A stretch of 64,000 nt of DNA from a virus. The DNA is taken from the IMG/VR virus record IMGVR_UViG_3300050014_000310, positions 1 to 64,000 of that record; one strand, 5' to 3'. The translations under genes were made by a program, and so were the position numbers. Under the pieces are notes generated by a model, which had not been told where the DNA came from, did not search any database, and saw only the letters and a program-made list of their open reading frames with translations. How positions within the stretch are numbered: position 1 is the first letter of the stretch; each line of letters opens with the position of its first letter. Shown here piece by piece: positions 45,479 to 54,831 of the stretch.

Positions 45479-46884
45479 AGCGACTTGATCATCTCCCTGA
45501 GTTTCCCCTTCTTATCTTTCACTTTGTCAACCTCATTCTTAAATTCGCTTACTAAATTGCCTTTTTTAGCTAAGTTTTTGGCGATCCGGTCATCAATACT
45601 GGGAGTACATTGGAGACTGGTATATAAAACTTGGTATTCCTGCCCTCTCCGATAATTACGGCCTTCTGCTTGCAACCTATCACTAAATTTGAAGCCATCA
45701 TTATAAAAAATTGTATGATGCGCCTCATTCAGCGTCAGACCATGACCGCCGCAACTCTGAGTCGCTAGAAAAAATTTAGCCTCATCATCGTGAAATCGTT
45801 TTTCCTGCCGGTTTCTTTCCTTTTCCTTAATCCCGCCGTGGAATAGAGCGATGGAGTCCTGACCGTATAGTTTTGTCAGCGCAGCGCTTATTCCCTTGAT
45901 GTCGTATTGATATTTGCACCAAATGATCACTTTCTTATCTGCCGGGATGCTAGTAATAGTGTCGAGCAGCACCTCGATCCGATGATGGTTGAACTCAAGC
46001 AGCGTAAAACCCTTTTTGGTGCGCCGGTTCCAAAATCCGCAGGTAATCGATTGCAATACCGAAAACAGCCGGAAAATAGAGATCGAATCAATTTCCTCTA
46101 AGTTTTCCAGCAATTCATCTTTGGCCAATCCATAATAGTGCATCTGCTCATCGGTCATCCAGAAATACCGGGTTTCGTAGAATTTATCCGGCAGATCTAG
46201 GCACTCCTCTTTCGTCACTTGATAGATGTAAGGTTGAATCTTAGCCGCCAGATAATTGACGTTGTGACTCCGGACTATGCGACCGGGGTACTTCTCTGAA
46301 TACTCCAAATGGTTGGCAGCGAAGGAGTAGAACGAATCGTAGCCCAGGATTTTCGGGCTGAGGAAACGCATCTGACCAAACAGATCCACTACGCCCTGAC
46401 TTAATATTGTACCGGTTAGGATCATCCGGTAGCGTGCCCGCTTGCAGATCTCGGTAATCCGCAGCGTCCGCATAGAATTATGTCCCTTGATGTAACTGGA
46501 CTCGTCCAGAATGGCCATTGTCTCTTCAGTGACCAATTCGTTGACTGCCAACGTTACCCGGGTGCTGGTGCTCATAGACTCGATGCCGACGATATACCAG
46601 AGCACGTTTGGCAGGTTCCTCTCGTTTGTTTTGTCATCGAATACGCAGATGTCAGCATCAGAGCAGTCAGTGTGCTTTAGGATCTCCCGCCGGATCGTTT
46701 CTTTGACCGACACAGGGCAGAACCACAGCGCATGATCGATCTTGGGTAGGCGCCGGCTCACGAGCTCAATAGCCGTCCGCGACTTGCCAGTTCCTACGTC
46801 CATTAGGAGGCCGCCGATCCGGGATGGAGATACCTTGTTCACGGCATCGGCCTGGTGAGGCATGAGATTAGTCCTTAAATTCAT
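45475..46884 (-). CDS. SNF2-family helicase
   Basis: MDVGTGKS, DESS, LTGT, DLFGQ..FL, GHGLTL, QAEGR.YR.GQ. Confidence 0.9.
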   Translation of the reverse strand: MNLRTNLMPHQADAVNKVSPSRIGGLLMDVGTGKSRTAIELVSRRLPKIDHALWFCPVSVKETIRREILKHTDCSDADICVFDDKTNERNLPNVLWYIVGIESMSTSTRVTLAVNELVTEETMAILDESSYIKGHNSMRTLRITEICKRARYRMILTGTILSQGVVDLFGQMRFLSPKILGYDSFYSFAANHLEYSEKYPGRIVRSHNVNYLAAKIQPYIYQVTKEECLDLPDKFYETRYFWMTDEQMHYYGLAKDELLENLEEIDSISIFRLFSVLQSITCGFWNRRTKKGFTLLEFNHHRIEVLLDTITSIPADKKVIIWCKYQYDIKGISAALTKLYGQDSIALFHGGIKEKERNRQEKRFHDDEAKFFLATQSCGGHGLTLNEAHHTIFYNDGFKFSDRLQAEGRNYRRGQEYQVLYTSLQCTPSIDDRIAKNLAKKGNLVSEFKNEVDKVKDKKGKLREMIKSL

Positions 46885-48016
46885 CGGCGATAGCGACATG
46901 TTCCGGGACCTCCAGTATAGGCGGTTTGCCTAGCGGGGTAACGTGCTCCTGTTCCGGGCCAGGACCAACCTTGACCACCAGCATATTCTCCCTGCTTATC
47001 TGGGCAGCATCGGCAAACCCTTGCGCCGTTTCCGACACCTTGAAATCGTACATCTTGGCGAAGTCGAGTACATCCTCGAACCGTTCTGCCGGCACTACAA
47101 CATTGGGCTTATCGTAGCGGCTTCCAGAGATCTTTCTGGCCGCTTGGTAGAAATCTTCATCCCGGCTCCAGGAGATGGAGAACCAACCCTTGTATTCGCC
47201 TTTGACCATGCCCATTACCCACCGGGTGCGCTCAGGCTCATACTCCCCGGCGATGGCCTTCTCTCTGATTGCCTCGTCGTAGATCCGTATAGGGAATCCT
47301 GCCGCTAATAGCCGATGTCCAGCCTCTGCCGCCCGATCTGCCGGAGTTCCATTCCGTGGTTTCAGAACGCGGACCCACCGATCTTTCCACACCATCTTCA
47401 GTTTTTCTTTGACCAATTCTCGGAAGTCATCCCGGCGCTCCGGGAAAGAGATTTCAATCGAGTTTTCGAGGACGCGGATCTCGGCCACCGTCTCGGTTAT
47501 AGAATGTTCCGGCCTAATCGTGGCCTCTGCCTTGGCATCGGCGATGATCTCCGGCGGGGGTGCCATCTGTTCTGCCTGGATATTCCTGGCTGCTTCTTCG
47601 AGCAGCTGCTCAATTCCCTGCGACATACTCAGATTCCGGTGGTCGATCCACCAGTGAGCATTGGTTTTATTGCTAATTCGTTCTACGGATTCGACCAGTT
47701 TAGGGCTGTTTCGCTGTTTCATGGCATACCGGTAGATAAAATCATCGATGTTGGTAAGCAGTTGCTGCCTAACCGTCTCTGCCCAGGCAACCTGCTTCTC
47801 AGACCCGGTGAGGGGAGGCAGACCCCGCTCCTTTGCCACCTCGGCGGCCTCCTGGTTTTCCTTTTCCCGCTGCCGGACAAGATCCGTCTGCCAGCACGCA
47901 TAGCACATCTTGTTTGATTCGACGTGCTCCAGTCGCCAGTCACGATCCCTGGTTGGGCCTATTAGGGCAACGGTCTCTTCGTGGCCGCAGGAGCGGGTAA
48001 CGGAGTATTTTGCCAT
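46868..48016 (-). CDS. hypothetical protein with N-terminal Zn motif
   Basis: SCGH...CYAC, LP.L.GSEKQVAWA..VR, A.WWID.R. Confidence 0.75.
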   Translation of the reverse strand: MAKYSVTRSCGHEETVALIGPTRDRDWRLEHVESNKMCYACWQTDLVRQREKENQEAAEVAKERGLPPLTGSEKQVAWAETVRQQLLTNIDDFIYRYAMKQRNSPKLVESVERISNKTNAHWWIDHRNLSMSQGIEQLLEEAARNIQAEQMAPPPEIIADAKAEATIRPEHSITETVAEIRVLENSIEISFPERRDDFRELVKEKLKMVWKDRWVRVLKPRNGTPADRAAEAGHRLLAAGFPIRIYDEAIREKAIAGEYEPERTRWVMGMVKGEYKGWFSISWSRDEDFYQAARKISGSRYDKPNVVVPAERFEDVLDFAKMYDFKVSETAQGFADAAQISRENMLVVKVGPGPEQEHVTPLGKPPILEVPEHVAIADEFKD

Positions 48017-48028
48017 CGATGATCACCC

Positions 48029-48568
48029 CTATTTTAATTCCCATCGCATGTTCGCGAGTAACCTGAACGCCCCAGAGCACTGCCCGGCGAGGTAGTCATT
48101 CAGGTATGCCTTGGCATCGGCACCGGCCACCGTCTTCACAAATTCATCTGACAGGTGGATATCTTCAGCCTGGTTGACGAACCTTTGAACATTCAGCGCC
48201 CGGTCAGCAGGAGCGCCGTCGATGATTTTGAATTCGCTGCGCAGGAAAGGAGCATACATGATGCGGGTGCTAACGTTGTCGGTGTATTTGATGCGCTGCA
48301 TCGCTATCACCTGCATTGTCTGCAGGTCGATGCCGTAGGTGGCCGGATCGTCCTCGAAAACCTCTATATTGCGTTTTCGGACAGGATCATACAGGTAGCC
48401 ATCCTGATTGTCGCCTGGCCGCACAGTGTACTCCGTAGGCGCATTGTGCTTTGCCTGGCAATCAGGGCACAGATCGGAATCGCTCTCCGGATAGGTGATA
48501 CCCAGGATATCCAGGGCATTGATACCATCACTCCATGCCTTGCCGCACTCTTTGCAGATGATTTGCAT
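48029..48568 (-). CDS. hypothetical protein
   Basis: CKEC...CPDC; GGAGGT RBS. Confidence 0.6.
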   Translation of the reverse strand: MQIICKECGKAWSDGINALDILGITYPESDSDLCPDCQAKHNAPTEYTVRPGDNQDGYLYDPVRKRNIEVFEDDPATYGIDLQTMQVIAMQRIKYTDNVSTRIMYAPFLRSEFKIIDGAPADRALNVQRFVNQAEDIHLSDEFVKTVAGADAKAYLNDYLAGQCSGAFRLLANMRWELK

Positions 48569-48611
48569 CTTTCGAGACCTCCTTCTGCCGGGGCAACCGG
48601 CAAAATCATGT

Positions 48612-48968
48612 CTATTTTTGTCCCATTCTTTTGTTGCTGCTGAGGTTAAATCGGCCACCATAGATGGATATACCCTCTACGGCCTCTTTGATCTCGTCCT
48701 CGATATCGCGCCAATCTGTGAATCCCATAGAACTGATGCTATAATTATCGAGCCCATCAGGAGGATTTTGCCATGATACCGCTACGCCATCTCGGCCATT
48801 CCCAGCAACCAAAATGTCCGAAACAGGAACCTTGGTGCTCCTATATTTTCCGTCCAGGACATGGGTGGCTATATCCTTAATCGCCGTAGCATAGGCATCA
48901 TGGTCAAAATTATCCCCTACCAAATCCCTAATGTCATCAGAGCAATAACTGATTGAAATCTGTCCCAT
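48612..48968 (-). CDS. hypothetical protein
   Basis: GGGAG RBS. Confidence 0.6.
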   Translation of the reverse strand: MGQISISYCSDDIRDLVGDNFDHDAYATAIKDIATHVLDGKYRSTKVPVSDILVAGNGRDGVAVSWQNPPDGLDNYSISSMGFTDWRDIEDEIKEAVEGISIYGGRFNLSSNKRMGQK

Positions 48969-49010
48969 TTTGTTGTCTCCCTCTACCGGGTTGACCGGTT
49001 TTCTCCCTGG

Positions 49011-49220
49011 CTAGTATGTCAGGTAAGACTGCGAAAACGTGTTCCAATATTTTTTCCCTTTTTCGCCTATTAACTCGACAAGTTCTGCTCTCCTGGTCTC
49101 ACGCTTCGCAATCCGCTTGATTGTCTTTTCGTTCGCTGGATTTTCTTCCAGAATCCGTTTGCAATTTATCAACTCAGCATCCAGATCCGTGATTTCATTC
49201 TTCATTTCGTCCTTCGTCAC
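49011..49220 (-). CDS. small hypothetical protein, first gene of the operon
   Basis: GGGGGT RBS, GTG start. Confidence 0.55.
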   Translation of the reverse strand: MTKDEMKNEITDLDAELINCKRILEENPANEKTIKRIAKRETRRAELVELIGEKGKKYWNTFSQSYLTY

Positions 49221-49250
49221 TTTGAAAACCCCCTTCTTCCTCTTGATCCT

Positions 49251-49282
49251 ATTATAGATCATCTGATTTACCGAGTAAATCA
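49251..49282 (-). promoter_or_regulatory. SigA promoter overlapped by a palindromic operator
   Basis: TTTACT-N17-TATAAT; TGATTTAC-CGA-GTAAATCA at 49264-49282. Confidence 0.65.
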
Positions 49283-49334
49283 TAATGTTATAAGTATGCC
49301 CAAACGTCCTATATTATCTGAAAATAGACAAAAT

Positions 49335-49378
49335 AAAAAGCCGCCGAACCAACGCATCGCTGCGCGGCCCGGCGGCTT
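49335..49378 (-). terminator. intrinsic terminator ending the late/lysis operon
   Basis: GCCGCCGG...TTCGGCGGC followed by TTTTTA on the minus strand. Confidence 0.7.
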
Positions 49379-49413
49379 GAGAGGAGAACCCCGGAGGACC
49401 GGGATTTCTTTAT

Positions 49414-49776
49414 TTACATCGGTTGAACCCGACCGGACATGATCGCGGCCGGATCGGTTGATTCGCTGTTGTAAGTCTTCGTGGATGCCGTCAACCCGTG
49501 CTTACCGGTTGCAGAAGTCGTAATAACCGGCGGGGGCGCCAGGGTACCGATAACTGTCATTGCTGCATCGATCTGCTTGGACTGTGCGGCTGAAGGTATC
49601 TGCTTCGCCAGATTGCCGATACCCAGATAGCCGATCAGCGTCAGGAATATCGTGATCCACGATGTGTCAACGGTATGCCCGAAGAATTCACTGACTAGGA
49701 TATACGCCAGGATCAGCAAGGCGAACAGAAAAGCAGCGATGTCAACGAAGGTCACGTTGTCGAGTATGTTGTTCAT
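49414..49776 (-). CDS. putative holin
   Basis: Two TM helices, AAGGAGG RBS, follows the lysin-like gene. Confidence 0.6.
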   Translation of the reverse strand: MNNILDNVTFVDIAAFLFALLILAYILVSEFFGHTVDTSWITIFLTLIGYLGIGNLAKQIPSAAQSKQIDAAMTVIGTLAPPPVITTSATGKHGLTASTKTYNSESTDPAAIMSGRVQPM

Positions 49777-49799
49777 GATGTTTTCCTCCTTCTCAGATT

Positions 49800-51272
49800 T
49801 TAACCGGGAAAATTTGCTACTATGTCCGTCAACTTCGCTTCGAGGTCGGCCAGCTTCAATTGAGTCTGCGAGAGAATGCCCTGCGTAGTCGCCAGTTCTG
49901 CCCGCGTAGTCGCCAGTTCACTCTGCGTCGCTTCCAACTCCGCAGCAGTCCCATCCGTGACCGTCATCGTGGCCGTTTTGGTCGGAGTGTCGTAAACCAG
50001 GGCTGCCTTGATCGCCTGGGCGACAAAGTGGACTGGCACCATCATCCTGCCATCGGAGCCGGAATCGACGATGACCGGCGCCTCATCCATCAATATGGTT
50101 ACTCCGTTGTCGATCATATTCTTGTTGCCTACCTGCATGACGACGACGGTATCCGTAGTAATTGCAGTCACGGTAACAATCGCCTCCCCACTGGCATTTC
50201 CGTCAATGGCCAGAATATTGAGCACCCCCGGGGCAATCGCCGTGACCAGCCCCTGACTGACAGTGGCCATATCTTCATTTGCGGATTGCCAGTTAACTAA
50301 TGAGGTAATGTCGTTGCCATTCTGATCAGTCGCGGCCAGTTGAACCGTTGAGCCTACCGGGATACTGGCAGTCGCCGGAGTAACAACTATGGTCAAAGTA
50401 GGTGGCGGTGTAGGTGTAGGTGTCGGTGTCGGTGTCGGTGTCGGTGGCGGTGTCGGTGGCGCATTGTCGATCTCCGCCAGATCCGTCTGCAGCGAAGCCA
50501 GGTCGTAACCTTCCAGCGAAGCCCCGTTTTTGAGCATCTCCGGAGACAGAATCGCGTACAGTTCGTCGCAATACTTCTGAAGGAATGCCTTGGTCATCTT
50601 CTGTGCCCGCGTCCAGGTAACAACGTCCATAACGAGCGTGGCATATTTCTTGACCGCCGGGATGTAATGCCCGCCCTCAATGCCGCCGTCATCCTCTACG
50701 ACGTCCCAGGGCTCTCCGGCGTCGAACTGGGTCATGGCCGAAGCGGGGAACTCAATTCCGATCGCCACGGCCTCAAATAGGTACAGGGCCTCGTACAGCT
50801 CGGAGAAATCACCGGCCTTGATCTTGGACACGTCAAGCGCCACGAAAGCGCCGATTTTGTGCCGAACCCCGTTGACGTCGATCAGGCCGGTCTTGCGCCG
50901 GTAATTCAGGGCAGTCAAAATGTCCGTGCCGTTGTCGGTGCTGGGATCGTTTATAATGTACCCGGTCACCGCGGAGTAATCAGAGATGGCGGTTTTACCG
51001 TTGAATGTTGCCGGGTCGGAGGCTGCCGTCGTCCAGAGCAGGGTCTCGTTGTCACCACCGGCAAATACGCAGTCGCCGGCTCCCCCGAAGCCGGGCTCCA
51101 CGGTAGGGTCCGGGCCATTGCCCCCCATTGGCCAGGCTGAGACTAGATTTTCATCCCCGATGTCGTCCGGGGGAATCGGGAGGGGGCCGGTGCGGTATTT
51201 GCTGAATGGGAGGGTGCGGGGGTCGATTACGGGGGGAAGTTTGCCTAGGTGCATTCCGTTTCTTAGACGCAT
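49800..51272 (-). CDS. papain-like cysteine peptidase + PT linker + Ig-like + stalk domain + coiled coil (putative lysin)
   Basis: GDC, GGHY..V, VTW; (PT)n; VTPATASI.VG.T.QL.A; MDEAPVI...GRMMVP. Confidence 0.6.
   Translation of the reverse strand: MRLRNGMHLGKLPPVIDPRTLPFSKYRTGPLPIPPDDIGDENLVSAWPMGGNGPDPTVEPGFGGAGDCVFAGGDNETLLWTTAASDPATFNGKTAISDYSAVTGYIINDPSTDNGTDILTALNYRRKTGLIDVNGVRHKIGAFVALDVSKIKAGDFSELYEALYLFEAVAIGIEFPASAMTQFDAGEPWDVVEDDGGIEGGHYIPAVKKYATLVMDVVTWTRAQKMTKAFLQKYCDELYAILSPEMLKNGASLEGYDLASLQTDLAEIDNAPPTPPPTPTPTPTPTPTPPPTLTIVVTPATASIPVGSTVQLAATDQNGNDITSLVNWQSANEDMATVSQGLVTAIAPGVLNILAIDGNASGEAIVTVTAITTDTVVVMQVGNKNMIDNGVTILMDEAPVIVDSGSDGRMMVPVHFVAQAIKAALVYDTPTKTATMTVTDGTAAELEATQSELATTRAELATTQGILSQTQLKLADLEAKLTDIVANFPG
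50398..50460 (-). repeat. Pro-Thr linker hexanucleotide repeat
   Basis: (ggtgtc/ggtgta)n. Confidence 0.85.
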
Positions 51273-51359
51273 TGGTGCTCCTCTCTGTGAGTGTTGTTGG
51301 GGATCAAAAAAGGACTGCCCATGTGCAATCCTCGTGAAACCATTGTTTACTTTTAGTTG

Positions 51360-52151
51360 CTACTTTTCATAATAAGCCCAGCGATAGCCACCCGCCGTTT
51401 TCCGTTTTCCTCGACAAACCTCAGTAATATGAATATGGCAGTTTTGACCACTGGATTCTCTTGCTTTAGCTATGCTAATAAACACCATTCCAGTGTCTAG
51501 ATTTATTACTGAAACGCTTGTTGCTTCTGTAGACGGTTGACGTTTTTTTCTTACTACCCAAGCATCCCGTAGTTTTTGTATATGTTCTTCAGAAAAGCAT
51601 ATGCCCATCCTGGCTAATGAAATTTTTGCCCTTGTTTCCTCAGAAACACAACGGCCCAACAGGGCAGCAGTTATTTTTTCGCAGTGTTCTTTGGTAAGCG
51701 TTTTTCCACGGTGGGCAGCCGATAATTTTGCCCTGTGCTCATCAGAAAGTATTTTTCCCATATGCGCAATAGATATTTTTCTCTTCGACTCTTCTGTGTG
51801 TGGCTTAGATTGCCCTAAATGCGCGATACTAAGTTTTTTCCGATATTCCATGGAACGTTTTATCCCAAGAGAACTGCCAGCAGTAAGACAGATATTGTAT
51901 TCTGGCTTTAGTTTGTCGATATATTTCTGCTCCATTGGGACACATTCTTCTGGAAGTTCTACGGTTTCAAGAATTTTAAAACATAGTGTACTTTCTCCGT
52001 ATTTGTTATAGGCATTTTGAAGACGTGAATTTCCGTGGATACCGTGCCGAAGAGTTCTCAAATGATCGCTTAATCGTTCCGCAATGCTGTGCGCTGCACT
52101 TCCCACATACTTTTTACCATTTAGTTCAATTAGATAAACGCCAATGGCCAA
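51360..52151 (-). CDS. GIY-YIG homing endonuclease with NUMOD3 repeats and NUMOD1 tail
   Basis: GVY...YVGS, EQKYID....YN, repeated H.GK.LS.EH.AK.S, KTAGGY.W. Confidence 0.92.
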   Translation of the reverse strand: MAIGVYLIELNGKKYVGSAAHSIAERLSDHLRTLRHGIHGNSRLQNAYNKYGESTLCFKILETVELPEECVPMEQKYIDKLKPEYNICLTAGSSLGIKRSMEYRKKLSIAHLGQSKPHTEESKRKISIAHMGKILSDEHRAKLSAAHRGKTLTKEHCEKITAALLGRCVSEETRAKISLARMGICFSEEHIQKLRDAWVVRKKRQPSTEATSVSVINLDTGMVFISIAKARESSGQNCHIHITEVCRGKRKTAGGYRWAYYEK

Positions 52152-52258
52152 AATAAATACACCCCCCGTAGTGTCTCCCGAATTTGTTTATGTGGGAAAC
52201 ATAGTCGGGAAACTATGCTTTCAGGCCGCGAACCCTATCCCACATATTAATTATAGCA
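52152..52258 (-). ncRNA. structured 5' leader of the GIY-YIG gene, with its own extended -10 promoter
   Basis: TGcTATAAT; TATGTGGGA/TCCCACATA stem; CATAGT-TTCCCG-ACTATG hairpin; downstream CGGGA. Confidence 0.6.
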
Positions 52259-52264
52259 TTTTTG

Positions 52265-52726
52265 TTAGCTAATTGATAATACTCCCTGATATATTTCGTG
52301 GACAAAATCGCCTCCTGTGCCCCAGAGCGAAAGCTCTTTTTGCCCAGCCGCACTAAAGAACAGCGTAGCGTTCGCTGTTAGCAAAGCCTGCAGCAGCGTG
52401 GGATACAGGCCGTTCCGCAAAGTTTCAACCGTTGCCACGACGCCTTCAGCCAGGGTTTCATATTCCTTCACGCCAGCGCTGTTCACGTTGTGATCAGGAA
52501 CCATCGCAAAAGTTGTGTTCATCGGGTTGTTGTTCAGCACGTCATTCCAGCCCTGCTCACCGATGATCCAGGCATCCAGGGGTAAACCATTCCCCCCCGT
52601 TGGTGGCCAGATGCCCAGGGCATTGATTATATCTGCTGCCGCGGCATGGATAGGTGCCCCGATCCCGGTAGAGGGAGCAGTCGCCGTTACCATCCTGCCG
52701 TTTCGTGCTGTTCTGGTTGTCGCCAT
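52265..52726 (-). CDS. lysozyme-like glycoside hydrolase (putative endolysin)
   Basis: AW..GE, NNPMNTT, NSAGVKEY....G..AT..TL.NG.Y; GAGGAG RBS. Confidence 0.6.
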   Translation of the reverse strand: MATTRTARNGRMVTATAPSTGIGAPIHAAAADIINALGIWPPTGGNGLPLDAWIIGEQGWNDVLNNNPMNTTFAMVPDHNVNSAGVKEYETLAEGVVATVETLRNGLYPTLLQALLTANATLFFSAAGQKELSLWGTGGDFVHEIYQGVLSIS

Positions 52727-52981
52727 TTTGTGTCTCTCCTCACTAAGCGCATATTCGATCGCATGCTCCGCTTTTTCAAACATTGAGCACCGGGGCAGGG
52801 ATTTCACTAATTGTAATGTTTCTCTTAATTTAGTTTCGCTCATTAGGCTCCTGGCTGCCCTTCTCGTTGCTGTCTCTCATGGTTCTCACCTCGTTTCCAC
52901 TTCTTGAAGTCCTCGCAGAACCGTTGGCAACTCAGGCCAGGTAGCGGAGCAGGACAATGCTTGCAGGGGTCTTTCGCTGGG

Positions 52982-53200
52982 TCACGCATCTTTCTTTGGC
53001 CACTCCCATTCGCCCGGCAGGCCACCGTGGTCACAATACTCCACGCCGCGAATTGCCTGATTTTCGACTGCTGGGCTATTGAACGCCCAGCCAGCAATCC
53101 TGCCGGACTTGTCAGGGTGAGATCCCGTTACAATCATTGGCTTCTTAACTCCATTCGGGTCGTTGAAAATCACAATCTCGCCAATTTCAGGCACTCTCAT
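52982..53200 (-). CDS. hypothetical protein
   Basis: P.IG.IV.F...PGEW.WP; ATGA coupling. Confidence 0.6.
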   Translation of the reverse strand: MRVPEIGEIVIFNDPNGVKKPMIVTGSHPDKSGRIAGWAFNSPAVENQAIRGVEYCDHGGLPGEWEWPKKDA

Positions 53201-53571
53201 TTACCGTATTTCCTCCCTTCCAGATCATCGCTCAACTCGCCATCCCTCAGATACCCGTGCCAGCCCTCGGCTTCCCCTGCCCAGTGGTTGATCGACGGCG
53301 ACACTGTAATCCCAGGCGCCTCACCGGTCACTATCCAGCCGTGTCCATCCTGTGAGCCGCCGCAGACGCAGTCCACACAGAAATCGGTGCCCGTAGGCAG
53401 CACCACTATGATCGGCGGTCGCTTGCCCATGTGGTCCCGCTTGTACTCCAGGGAAAGATAATTTTTCAGATAGTAGGCAGCGTCTTCGCCTTCGACCAGC
53501 CAGGGAGCGAAAAACATATCCCCCGGCTTTTTGGCTGCGTTATGGTCAACTATGCGGCATGGTATCGGCAT
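53197..53571 (-). CDS. DUF6527-like protein
   Basis: W...G....TVSPSI.......WHGYLRDG. Confidence 0.65.
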   Translation of the reverse strand: MPIPCRIVDHNAAKKPGDMFFAPWLVEGEDAAYYLKNYLSLEYKRDHMGKRPPIIVVLPTGTDFCVDCVCGGSQDGHGWIVTGEAPGITVSPSINHWAGEAEGWHGYLRDGELSDDLEGRKYGK

Positions 53572-53663
53572 CAGCGATCAAGCCCCCTCAACGGTGTAAT
53601 TCCACATTTTGTCGCAGTGGGCGCAGTCTGGACAATCGCAGTAACCACAGATCCACACGTCCA

Positions 53664-53876
53664 TCAGCCATCATCCCCTTCCTTCTCAAGCGCTGTCCGT
53701 AGTCCCGCCGGGTTCCGGTGCTCCCTGAAGCACAGATAAATGGTGCGTATCCCGTATCTGCCGTCTGCCCGGGGTATTCGGACGCAGGCAAAGGTCTCCT
53801 TTTCGCATAGAGCACACGGGCCTAATTGGTATGCGCCCCCGTATTCCGCCTGTTCGATAATTTCCGCTATGGTCAT
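53664..53876 (-). CDS. small Zn-binding hypothetical protein
   Basis: CALC...C..H; GGAGG RBS. Confidence 0.5.
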   Translation of the reverse strand: MTIAEIIEQAEYGGAYQLGPCALCEKETFACVRIPRADGRYGIRTIYLCFREHRNPAGLRTALEKEGDDG

Positions 53877-53952
53877 AGGCCGCCTCCTCAGTAAATGAAG
53901 TTGCGCTAACCATTTTTTACCCGCAGCACGGGGATCACCCCCATTATTCGAA

Positions 53953-54357
53953 CTATTCTCCTGGCGCTTCCTCGGTCACGGTAACTTCAACCTCATTTGC
54001 TCCGACTTTGATATGTATCTGGCTAACCAACTCCCGGAGATCGTCGTGGGATTCACTGATCAATCTCAGTTCATTCATCGTGCAGTCGTGGGTCTCCTGG
54101 AGCAATGCCTGCTGAGCGGCGCCCTCTTTCTTGCTCACAAAGGCTAAAACCGGCAAAGCTGAAGCCTGAAATACAGCCGTAGAGAAGTACGTCACCCAGC
54201 CCACTAGGGACACTGGTCGCTGCCAGAAGAGGACGACGACGACCATGGACGTGATGATCCAAAAACAGGCCATCGTAGATAACGTATTTGCCAGGAGATC
54301 AGCGATTAGGTCATTGAATCTGGTGAGCATCACATTTCCCCTATTCGCTCGCATCAC
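53953..54357 (-). CDS. membrane protein
   Basis: Two TM segments plus a coiled tail. Confidence 0.6.
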   Translation of the reverse strand: MMRANRGNVMLTRFNDLIADLLANTLSTMACFWIITSMVVVVLFWQRPVSLVGWVTYFSTAVFQASALPVLAFVSKKEGAAQQALLQETHDCTMNELRLISESHDDLRELVSQIHIKVGANEVEVTVTEEAPGE

Positions 54358-54359
54358 CC

Positions 54360-54749
54360 CTACATGTGAACCAAAAAGGCGACTGTCAATCCCACGCTCA
54401 GGGAAAACAGGGCCGCGATCAGCACAGTCACTGCCCAGGTCGGGCGCCCTGTCGAAATCTGATCAAGTTTGGTAAAGATCGTCTCGAATTTGGGATTGAG
54501 GTTGTCCATCCGGTCATTCATCGTTTTTTCAAGCTTGTCTGTTCGATCGTTCATTGCTTTCTCAAGCGACGTCTGCTGGCATTCGAGCGCGGCCGTTCTC
54601 GTCTGTAGTACAGCGATCGCTGTTGCGGAGTTTTCCTTGGCCAGCACCTGCGCCGTTGCCTGCGCTGCTTCCGCGACTGCCAGCGCCGTAGCTTTGGCGG
54701 CATCCGCTATCGCACGGGCAACAATTTCCTCGTGGGTCTCTTCAGGCAT
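54360..54749 (-). CDS. XhlA/holin-like coiled-coil protein with C-terminal TM helix
   Basis: Coiled coil then RPTWAVTVLIAALFSL; first gene after the tail fibre. Confidence 0.6.
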   Translation of the reverse strand: MPEETHEEIVARAIADAAKATALAVAEAAQATAQVLAKENSATAIAVLQTRTAALECQQTSLEKAMNDRTDKLEKTMNDRMDNLNPKFETIFTKLDQISTGRPTWAVTVLIAALFSLSVGLTVAFLVHM

Positions 54750-54831
54750 ATTCCACCGCCTCTCCTAATAAAAATGCCGCCTCGCTGGGGCGGGATCTGT
54801 CACCGTTCTATGATGACATCACCTCGCTTTA

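Noticed and set aside
49283-49330. Sporulation-sigma promoter (GGGCATACTTA on the minus strand); similar CATA motifs near 39905 and 41596
   Set aside because: Spacing and -35 elements do not fit SigE/F/G/K consensus well enough to call
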